DNA from: Phyllobates terribilis
Lineage: Eukaryota
Assembly: GCF_046119375.1 (NCBI RefSeq)
Contig: NW_027362763.1
Span: forward strand, 62,558,001-62,622,000
Length of the DNA: 64,000 nt
Direction of reading: 5' to 3'
This document shows positions 28,281 through 37,870 of the stretch, one piece after another. Position numbers and translations under genes: made by a program. The notes under the pieces are model-generated. The model saw nothing but the letters and a program-made list of their open reading frames with translations, was not told the DNA's origin and searched no databases. Positions within the stretch are counted from its first letter, which is position 1; each line of letters begins with the position of its first letter.

Positions 28281-29530
28281 TGACGCGCCCCCTGGGCCAT
28301 ATTCTTTTAGGGGGAATATCCGGCACCGGATCAGATGGGGGGTTGTAGTCTCCGAGCGGCTGTGACCCGGCCCGTGCCCAGGGCGTCAAGCTCAGTGTTA
28401 TGTGGCAGTCCTACAGATGTTATTAAGAGTTCTTTTGTGTCGACTACGCCACCCGTTGTGATGCGGTCACTGTGGCCGCCGCTGCAGCAGGGTCCGCTGA
28501 GGCTGATGGTGGGTGCGCAGCTTGGTGGGATAACCCCCAACGGGAGGGGTATAGCCTCAGGGGGGACAGGTGCAGAGGATGGGGGTTGTGGTGGTGTAGT
28601 GCAGACGGCAGTGAAGACAGAGTCGGGTACTGCAGTTAAGGGTGTTTACTTACTGCAGATGTTGTACTGGTCACTCCAGCTGCTAGTGACCACCCGAGCC
28701 GTGCTGCGTCCACCAGGTCCTGGATCCAGCCAACCCCCAAACAAGTCCGGAGCGTGGCCCTGAGCTCTCTTTCTGTCCCGTTCTCTGGCCGTCTCCACCA
28801 GTAATCCACCTAGGTCCAGCTCCCTCGGGCCTTCTGTTGGGACACCCTTGGCCCTGGGTTCCCTGACCCTTCATGTGGTGTGCCTTCGGGGTGGATGTGA
28901 TGGGTGACCGTGGCAGACGCTGCCCACGGTCTCCGGTCTCTGGCTAGGGTGTGTTTTCTGCCCCCACCAGCTTGGGATCCGGTACCCTGTGCCGACTCCT
29001 CACCCAGTGCTTTAATTTGGGTTCTTGGGTCCTCTCTGTTTTCCCCTCTGGGTACTCCTTCTCTGCTCCTCTCTCACTCAGGGTCTCTCTCTTGCTGCAG
29101 GCTGACTTCCTCTCTGCTTGCTGTCTGCTCCTCTGCAGCTGTCTTGCTGTCTGCTCCTCTGCAGCTGTCTTGTTCTCTGCATCTGACCCTGATCTTAGTT
29201 GGTGCCCACCTTATATACACCCTCTATGTGTGAGCTCAGGTGACCAGCACCCAATGAGCTCCTATCTTTACCCAGGCTGCTCCCCCTATCTGCCCCTACA
29301 CTGCATGGGATGTACCACCCCCCTCCCACTCCAGCCAGGAACAGACTCGGTCGTACCTGCACATTTCTAAGTGGGAGTACCGTCGGCCTGTTCCCCGGAA
29401 ATGGGATGTGTGTAGTGCATGCAGCCTACCGAGCTCAGTTCCACTCTCCATCCTTGCCCGGGAGTGGAATATCACACCTCTGGGTTGAGGTGCAATACCC
29501 CTGTAGCAGCCGAATCCTCAGGGTGCTACA
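28281..29530 (-). repeat. 3' LTR
   Basis: Direct repeat of 32022-33271, preceded on the minus strand by the polypurine tract. Confidence 0.95.
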
Positions 29531-29539
29531 TTCCCCCCT
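29531..29539 (-). other. Polypurine tract AGGGGGGAA abutting the 3' LTR
   Basis: Plus strand reads TTCCCCCCT directly after the LTR boundary at 29530. Confidence 0.85.
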
Positions 29540-30001
29540 GGTAAACCACAGCACGTCCTCGGGCTGTAAAGACAAAAACACCAAAACATACAAAATTTTT
29601 TTTTTTTTCATATAAACATAATAAAACATATAAAACATTATATATATAAAACTTTTCATATAAACATTCTCGTCGTCTCTTGTTTCAGGTTCCTCCTCCG
29701 GACACTGTGCAACGTGTGTCCGGGAAAAGTACGACAGTCTCTTAGAAAAACTGGTTTTCCTATAAAACCGGTAGGGGGCGCTTTAGGACGCGCAACTATT
29801 TACAAGGGGTATGGCCGCTCTCAGTCCTCGGCCAGGTATTAGGGAGGAATGACCGCTCTCAGTCCTCGGTCAGTGGGATTTAAGGGAAATACGGGTAAAC
29901 AGTTCACACTCACTGGTCCCAACGGGGACTATATATATATGTATCAACAGTTTCTTTGGTACCCGGTCGGGTAACTATTTACATCACTTGCTCTGCCGCA
30001 C

Positions 30002-32041
30002 TCAACGGCGTCTTCCTCCTGCTCTTTGCTTATAGCTGGTTGTTACTTCAGACCCGTCCGGGTCCTCTTGCTCCTCCTCCTCGCACCGCAACTCCTCCTC
30101 CGTCAGGCGGTGTACGTGGAGGGCATAAGGTCCCTTGGCACACTTGTGCCGGGTAAAGGTGACCTCATCTCCGATGTAGAGGTCACGACCTCTGTGCCCC
30201 TCCGGCAGATGGGACTCCACGTCTCTGCGCGTGACAAAGACGTCGCCGGGGGTGTTGTTGTCTCTGATGAAGCCCCACCCGTGCTGCTGGTTAAACTTGA
30301 TTACAGTCCCGGTGGTACGGGGACTGTGCGCTGCACGGGGGTCCCTCCTGGTCCGGCTCTTTTGCTCGGCGCTCCTTATTTGGGCCTGTTGTTCCCGGAC
30401 CCGCCTCTCTCTCCGCTCCCTCGCAAACTCCTCGAGCTGTTGGCGGCAGCACTCCGCACGCTCTGCTGCAGCTGCCCTAGTTTCCTGAGTGAACCCCATG
30501 AGGTCTTCTCCGGTGGGGTCCCACTCAAACTGGGTCTCTTCTAGCGGGGGCGAGATCCTCTTTACGGGCTTTGGAGCCGGGATCAGGGGTGCATCTAGGG
30601 GTCTCTCTTTCCGGAGTCGGGGATGGTGAAACTCCGGTGGCCAAATAAAGGGCTGCCCATCCGGGCACGTATGTTGGGCAAACAGATCTTCTCCCAGATG
30701 CGGCACTCTTGGTTTTATGGGCGCGGTGGTGTTAGCGCCCGGGTTGCCCGGGCCTTGCGGCCAGGCCTGGGGTATCTGGAAGGTGAAGGGCACCGTAAGG
30801 ACGGCGGCGCCCTGGGCTACTTGGCCCTGCGACCAGGCCGGGGGCTCCGCGGAGGTAGGGGGCGCTGTTGGTATTGCGGCGCCCGGGGGTACTAGGCCTT
30901 GCGACCAGGCTGGTGGTACTTCCTGCTTGGTCACGCTCGGGGTCGAGGCGTGTGACGTCACAGGGGTCGCGGCTCCCGTTTGAGGCCTAGTCTGCGGCGG
31001 TGACGTTGCAGCGACGGGCACGGCAGGATAGACTTCGGGCTCTGCGACGGGGAGCTGGGGCAGGTACGCGGTTTCCCGGTTTGGGGTATAGACGTCCCCT
31101 TTACCTGCCTCCACTCGTTCGGCTCCCTTCTCGGCGCCGTCTCCGGCCTTCAGTCCTCCTGCGCCATCCTCAGAGGCGGTCTGTCTCCTCTTCTCGGGTG
31201 GCGTGCTCTGCTGACGGGTCTCGGTCTGCTGGGCCATCTCTCGGCTCCACTGCGCCAACGTCTCTCGCTGCACCCGGGCCATCCTCCGTGCGAGGCCCTC
31301 CAGAGCGGTCTGCGCACACTCCCGGTCTCGGGGGAGCTGTGCTAGGACCTCCACTAGGCCTAGTGGGGTCGTGGTGTCCAGCAGGCTCCTGACCAACGGG
31401 TCGGTGCTGCTCTGCTCTTCTTCCAGCAGGCTCCTGGCCAGCGGGCCGGTGCTGCTCTGCTCTCTGGACATCTCCGGGTGAGCTTCTTTGCTACCCCTCT
31501 CCAGACCTCTTGTCTCCGGGTGCGCTCGCTCCAGACTGCTCCAGGCGGCACCCATCTTTGTTCTCTCCTTTCGTCTCCTCCCACTTCGAGGGCGGTCCCG
31601 GGGCCACTTGGTGACTGTCAGCTCCAGGGGTAGTTCTTTCACGCTGACAGACACCTCCAGCATCACAGTCTCTGTTGGTGGGGGCGGTTTCCACTTTTGG
31701 CGCCATTTTCTGTCCTGGCCCACGATGGGAGGTGGCCTCTTGCCCTCCTTTGGCACGCCCATAATGGCGTCCGCTGCTCTTCCAAGGCGGGAAATCTGCG
31801 GTTTTGGCGGGAAGCGTCGCCCAGTGGCGGGAAACTCTGCAGATGGCGGGAACAAGTTGGAAATGGCGGACAATCGGCGGGAAACGACTGGTGATGGAGT
31901 CCGATGGCGTGGACCCTCCGGAACCGGCGGGAGACTTCTTTCTGAGGTAAACTTGCACTTTTCTTCAGGCACGCAGTACCCGGGTGTTGCGGGCACGTAA
32001 TCCTGCCGACTACGCCAAAGTTGACGCGCCCCCTGGGCCAT
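30002..32041 (-). CDS. 679-aa retroelement ORF: Pro-rich/low-complexity N-terminal and central region, charged helical segments, and a C-terminal Y-box-type cold-shock domain (~30104-30310)
   Basis: Uninterrupted ORF. GTVIKFNQQHGWGFIRDNNTPGDVFVTRRDV...GDEVTFTRHKCAKGPYALHV aligns by eye with the YBX1 CSD ([31 protein letters not shown]...[20 protein letters not shown]), including RNP1- and RNP2-like motifs. Confidence 0.85.
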   Translation of the reverse strand: MAQGARQLWRSRQDYVPATPGYCVPEEKCKFTSERSLPPVPEGPRHRTPSPVVSRRLSAISNLFPPSAEFPATGRRFPPKPQISRLGRAADAIMGVPKEGKRPPPIVGQDRKWRQKWKPPPPTETVMLEVSVSVKELPLELTVTKWPRDRPRSGRRRKERTKMGAAWSSLERAHPETRGLERGSKEAHPEMSREQSSTGPLARSLLEEEQSSTDPLVRSLLDTTTPLGLVEVLAQLPRDRECAQTALEGLARRMARVQRETLAQWSREMAQQTETRQQSTPPEKRRQTASEDGAGGLKAGDGAEKGAERVEAGKGDVYTPNRETAYLPQLPVAEPEVYPAVPVAATSPPQTRPQTGAATPVTSHASTPSVTKQEVPPAWSQGLVPPGAAIPTAPPTSAEPPAWSQGQVAQGAAVLTVPFTFQIPQAWPQGPGNPGANTTAPIKPRVPHLGEDLFAQHTCPDGQPFIWPPEFHHPRLRKERPLDAPLIPAPKPVKRISPPLEETQFEWDPTGEDLMGFTQETRAAAAERAECCRQQLEEFARERRERRVREQQAQIRSAEQKSRTRRDPRAAHSPRTTGTVIKFNQQHGWGFIRDNNTPGDVFVTRRDVESHLPEGHRGRDLYIGDEVTFTRHKCAKGPYALHVHRLTEEELRCEEEEQEDPDGSEVTTSYKQRAGGRRR
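31999..32017 (-). other. Primer binding site TGGCGTAGTCGGCAGGATT, complementary to the 3' end of tRNA-Ser (AGA/TGA-type)
   Basis: Lies 4 nt (ACTT) after the 5' LTR; matches the vertebrate tRNA-Ser 3' end AATCCTGCCGACTACG+CCA as recalled. Confidence 0.9.
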
Positions 32042-33271
32042 ATTCTTTTAGGGGGAATATCCGGCACCGGATCAGATGGGGGGTTGTAGTCTCCGAGCGG
32101 CTGTGACCCGGCCCGTGCCCAGGGCGTCAAGCTCAGTGTTATGTGGCAGTCCTACAGATGTTATTAAGAGTTCTTTTGTGTCGACTACGCCACCCGTTGT
32201 GATGCGGTCACTGTGGCCGCCGCTGCAGCAGGGTCCGCTGAGGCTGATGGTGGGTGCGCAGCTTGGTGGGATAACCCCCAACGGGAGGGGTATAGCCTCA
32301 GGGGGGACAGGTGCAGAGGATGGGGGTTGTGGTGGTGTAGTGCAGACGGCAGTGAAGACAGAGTCGGGTTGTGCAGTTAAGGGTGTTTACTTACTGCAGA
32401 TGTTGTACTGGTCACTCCAGCTGCTAGTGACCACCCGAGCCGTGCTGCGTCCACCAGGTCCTGGATCCAGCCAACCCCCAAACAAGTCCGGAGCGTGGCC
32501 CTGAGCTCTCTTTCTGTCCCGTTCTCTGGCCGTCCCCACCAGTAATCCACCTAGGTCCAGCTCCCTCGGGCCTTCTGTTGGGACACCCTTGGCCCTGGGT
32601 TCCCTGACCCTTCATGTGGTGTGCCTTCGGGGTGGATGTGATGGGTGACCGTGGCAGACGCTGCCCACGGTCTCCGGTCTCTGGCTAGGGTGTGTTTTCT
32701 GCCCCCACCAGCTTGGGATCCGGTACCCTGTGCCGACTCCTCACCCAGTGCTTTAATTTGGGTTCTTGGGTCCTCTCTGTTTTCCCCTCTGGGTACTCCT
32801 TCTCTGCTCCTCTCTCACTCAGGGTCTCTCTCTTGCTGCAGGCTGACTTCCTCTCTGCTTGCTGTCTGCTCCTCTGCAGCTGTCTTGCTGTCTGCTCCTC
32901 TGCAGCTGTCTTGTTCTCTGCATCTGACCCTGATCTTAGTTGGTGCCCACCTTATATACACCCTCTATGTGTGAGCTCAGGTGACCAGCACCCAATGAGC
33001 TCCTATCTTTACCCAGGCTGCTCCCCCTATCTGCCCCTACACTACATGGGATGTACCACCCCCCTCCCACTCCAGCCAGGAACAGACTCGGTCGTACCTG
33101 CACATTTCTAAGTGGGAGTACCGTCGGCCTGTTCCCCGGAAATGGGATGTGTGTAGTGCATGCAGCCTACCGAGCTCAGTTCCACTCTCCATCCTTGCCC
33201 GGGAGTGGAATATCACACCTCTGGGTTGAGGTGCAATACCCCTGTAGCAGCCGAATCCTCAGGGTGCTACA
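32022..33271 (-). repeat. 5' LTR (TGTAGCACCC...GGGGCGCGTCA), with TATA-like TATATAAG at 32951-32958
   Basis: Direct repeat of 28281-29530, followed by the PBS. Confidence 0.95.
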
Positions 33272-34329
33272 GAGGCATATATTTGTCTCCTCACAGGAAC
33301 TGAGGATAAGAGCAAGAACAGAAACACAAACTCCATAAAAACATATTAGAGAGCAGGTAGGCTTTTAGTTCCTTGAGGGCAAACCATGGGATTGTAGCAT
33401 TAGCAATGCATGAAAGATCCAGCACCTATTGTTCTGGCAGGACACTGTAACTTGCCATTCAATTTTTTTAGTTGTTTAGGATAGTTCCTGGACATATAAC
33501 ATTGGCATGTGTAGATCATTAATGTCAAATCGGGGGGAGTCCAACACCTCACTCAACAACCATTACCAAGTCCTACAGCTGCTAAAATTTATCGGTGTAC
33601 AGGGATGGAAAACCACAGCTCCGTACACGGTGTAGTGGTCATCCTTGGGTACTGCATCTCTGATTATAATTTAAGTGAATGGGAGCTGAGCTGAACGGCT
33701 GACAATGGCAATTACTAAGAGTATGAAGCTCCGCTGTCTTGGCTTTGTGTAATGTGTACTCCCAATGGCCGTGCTCAATGTCTCAGCTGATCAGAGGGGC
33801 TGTCGGGATGTCGGAGCCGTGCTGGACTGATATTGAAGACCTATACTTAGGATGGCTCATTAATATTTTAGGCATGGAAAATTCCTTTAAGTGGAATATT
33901 AGTACAACAACACTATTATAATACCGTGAGGACAATTATATGGACCTGAGCCGGTTGGGGGATTTTCATGCAGTCCCGGAGCTGCTCTTTAAATGCTTTT
34001 CCTATAAGCCTGGAGAGTATACAGAAATAGCCCGGAGCTACGCCACATGTTCTCCATGCTGCATATTCCTAAATGTCTGCTATTATACTTTGCATTAGAT
34101 CTTAATCCCCTCTTGGATGTGTTCTCTATGAAAAAAAAATAACAAGTCACCTCCAAATGATAAAACGGGAAGCGCATTGCTGTGACTACAAATCCCTCAT
34201 TCCTTTATCATGTCTGATCTCCCTGCCAACAAATGAAACAAATTGAAGGCAGAAAAGACCCATTATCTGCACATTCCTCCTTTCATTATTTCCGTAGATA
34301 AAGAGATCTTCTAAACAGGTAAACAAAGC

Positions 34330-34410
34330 GAGACTGCACCCCCATAAGGAGACTGCACCCCCATAAGGAGACTGCACCCCCATAAGGAGACTGCACCCCC
34401 ATAAGGAGAC
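34330..34410. repeat. Four tandem copies of a 20-bp unit GAGACTGCACCCCCATAAGG
   Basis: Seen directly. Confidence 0.9.
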
Positions 34411-36399
34411 CTCACAGTCGTCCATCCTGAGGAATGTCGCGTGTCAGATGAGACATCTCGTCAGGTTCACCACTTGCGCAATTTCCGTTCCTAAATGTAT
34501 TGTGAAGGCTTCGACATTGTGGTTTTCTACGACCACAGAATCTAAAGTCTATGTCTATGGATTAACGCCCTATAGAAAAACATGAATTGAGGCCCCCACT
34601 CCATGATCATCATCATCATCAATTAAATACCTAAAAAGTTAATTATGAGTCTATAAAACTCATCCTCATCTCTTAACCAGAATGGAAAAATTGTTTCTCA
34701 CTCTGGAGGACCTTTCCTGTCCTTCATTATATTGATGTGAATTAACACAGTGTAGTACCTCATTTACCCTGTGGTGGCGCTGCAGGGAAATGAAACACTT
34801 GGTTTCCTTCCAGATTCCAGCTGATCGCTGGAGGTCCCTGCAAAAGGACACTTTCTAATCTGTCTATTGGCAATGGATTCTTCTACCAAATAGGAATTGT
34901 CCAAAAATAGTAAAAATAAACTCCTTTAATCCCTTTCGGTGGAGGATTTTTGTTTTGTTTTCGTCCTTTTTTTCCAAAAGTTATAATCTTTTTTTTTTTT
35001 TTTTTTTTTTTTCAATCAACGTAGCCTTATGAGGGCTTGTTTTTTTGGCAGGATGAGTTGTAGTTCCTATTGATACCATTAATTTTGCCGGTGAAATGGT
35101 GAATAAAAAAATTAATTTCCCCATTGTTTTTTTTTTTTGTTTTTTTTATGGCGCTCATTGTATGGTAAAATTGACATGGCAATATGATCCTCCAGGTCAG
35201 CACGCTTACGGCGAGACCAAACTTGTATAAATTGTTTTCAAGTAATATAAAAAAAAAAAACGTAAAAAAAAATTTGGTTTCTGAGATCTGTAACTTTTTT
35301 TTTTTGTCCCATAATTCTGTATGAGGGCTAATTTTTTTGTCTTGTGAGCTGTAGTTTCCAGCAATACCATTTTAGGGTACATATAAAATATTCTGATTGT
35401 TTTTATTTGCATTTTTGATGGGAGGTGTGATTAGTAAAAAACAGCAATTTTGTCAATATAATTTTTTTTTATTTACGGGTTAAATATTTTTTAGATTTTG
35501 ATAGATCATCCTCTTGGAGACATGGCAACATCAAATATGTTTATTTATTTATTTTTTGTTTCTTTATTTTTTAATTGGGAAAAGAAGAGTAATCCAAACT
35601 TCTTGTCTTTTTTCACATTTTTTAAAACTTTTTTTTTTATACTTTTTTGCTGCATTCACTTGTATTACAAGTATATGCTGTAATACTTAAAAAAAAAATC
35701 ACAGTCTTCTACGAAGCCAAGTCTGTGGTTGGGCTTCATAGGATCATAAAGATGGCGATCGGGGCCAATGATGACAAGGTGGGGGGCTCATGAATATCTG
35801 AACGGAGACCCCACCTGGTTGAGGCTACTTCCTGTCAGAGATTGACAGCAGCATTTATATGGTTAAATAGCAATGATCGAAACTAACCCCATTAGCTGTT
35901 AGAGGCAGATGGTGGCTATATAGCACAGCTCTGAATCCTGCTCCACAAACCCACACCCGACGTAGGACGTATTAGTATCTCCTATATTGGGCAGGGGTCA
36001 AATCCGATCGGTCATCAGATTTTGTCCTACAAATATAGTATACATTAGTGAATAGATCTCCCAGACCTGATGAGACTGGTGTACTTACTTTGAAAATCTG
36101 TATCAAAATGCATAATACAGGCATTATTCCAAGTGTCATCTCTCACCCCGCCTGGCTGCCAGTTGACGCTTGTACTGAGCAGTGTGTGATGTTTGCAAAA
36201 GCAGGGAGGAGAAACATTGGCTTTCAATCAGGTCAGGTGGGCTGAGACGGATTGAGGATTATACAGTCATCATACAGACTAGAAAAATTGTGATTGACCT
36301 ACCTCTGGTGCCAAGATTCATTCATAACATTTTATACCAACGCATCTAGCAGAACGATAGCGTTCAATGAGTCATTTTTTATTAAATTCCCAACTCTGC

Positions 36400-37870
36400 T
36401 GATCCTGCCCCAGTCTACACAGCAAAGCAAACAAATGATCTGCACTAAAAATGAAATGTCAGGGTATGTAGTGCACCTCTGGCTCAGTCTACAAAGCAAA
36501 GCTAGCAAGGAAGAAGCAGTAAACCGGAAATGTCAGGGTATGTAGTGCACCTCTGGCTCAGTCTACAAAGCAAAGCTAACAAGGAAGAAGCAGTAAACCG
36601 GAAATGTCAGGGTATGTAGTGCACCTCTGACTCAGTCTACACAGCAAAGCAAACAAATGATCTGCACTAAAAATGAAATGCCAGGGTATGTAGTGCACCT
36701 CTGGCTCAGTCTACAAAGCAAAGCTAACAAGAAAGAAGCAGTAAACCCGAAATGTCAAGGTATGTAGTGCACCTCTGGCTCAGTCTACAAAGCAAAGCTA
36801 ACAAGAAAGGAGCAGTAAACCCGAAATGTCAAGGTATGTAGTGCACCTCTGGCTCAGTCTACAAAGCAAAGCTAACAAGAAAGGAGCAGTAAACCCGAAA
36901 TGTCAAGGTATGTAGTGCACCTCTGGCTCAGTCTACAAAGCAAAGCTAACAAGAAAGAAGCAGTAAACCGGAAATGTCAGGGTATCTTGTTTACTTGGGG
37001 CTCAGTTGACAAAGCAAAGCTAACAAGTGTACTACTGAAAACTGGACATGTCTGGGTATCTTATGTATCTCTGGTCAAGTCTACACAGAAAGCAAACAAG
37101 TGATTTGCAATAAAAAAAGGAAATATCAGGGTATATTGTGCACCTCTGGCCCAGTCTACAAAGCAAAGCTAACAAGTGAACTGTAGAAAACAGGCAATAT
37201 CAGGGTATTGTATGTATCACTGCTAAAGTCTACACGGCAAAGCTAACAAGTAAGCAGCAGTAAACGGGAAATGTCAAGGGATTTTGTTTACCTCGGGCTC
37301 ATTTGACAAAGCAAAGCTAACAAGCGAGCTGCAGAAAACAGGGTATCTTATGTATCTCTGGCTAAGTCTACACAGCAAAGCAAACAAGTGATTTGCACAA
37401 AAAAATTAAATGTCTGGGTATCTTGTGCACCTCTGGCCCAGCCTACCAAGCAAAGCTAGCAAGGGAGCTGCAGAAAGCAGGAAATGTCAGGGTGTCTTAT
37501 GTATCTCTGGCCAAGTCTACACTGCAAATCTAACAAGTAAACTGTAGAAAACAGTAAATGTCAATGTATGTTGTGTACATCTGGCCAAGTCTACACTGCA
37601 AAGCTAACAAGTGATTTGCACAAAAAATGAAACGTCTGGGTATGTTGTGCACCTTCAGCCTAGGCTACAAAGCAAAGCTAACAATTGAGCTGCAGGAAAC
37701 AGGAAATGTCAGGGTATCTCGTTTACCTCTGGTCAAGTCTACACTGCGAAGCTAACAAGTAAACTGCAGAAAACAGTACATTTCAGGGGATCTTGTGTAC
37801 ATCTGGCGAAGTCTACACAGCAAAGCTAACAAGTGAGCTGCAGTAAACCGGAAATGTAAGGGTATCTTGT
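36400..37870. repeat. Degenerate ~68-bp tandem array (GTATGTAGTGCACCTCTGGCTCAGTCTACAAAGCAAAGCTAACAAG...GGAAATGTCAGG)
   Basis: About 20 copies, more diverged toward the right. Confidence 0.9.

Larger units (their letters stand above)
28281..33271 (-). mobile_element. Complete non-autonomous LTR retroelement (4,991 bp, Ty3/Gypsy-like termini) with one ORF and no pol
   Basis: Two 1,250-bp direct repeats offset by 3,741 bp, each TG...CA; 4-bp TSD GAGG (28277-28280 / 33272-33275); PBS and PPT correctly placed for minus orientation. Confidence 0.95.

Noticed and set aside
30026-32130. Overlapping and antisense ORFs (172, 130, 170 and 155 aa) inside the retroelement, and LTR-internal ORFs
   Set aside because: Shadows of a GC-rich coding frame; no recognisable domains, and no RT/IN motifs in any frame.
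28281-33271. Interpreting the 3,741-bp offset duplication as a segmental duplication, an assembly error or a processed YBX retrogene
   Set aside because: TG..CA ends, TSD, PBS and PPT define an LTR element; similarity to YBX is confined to the CSD and there is no poly(A) tail.
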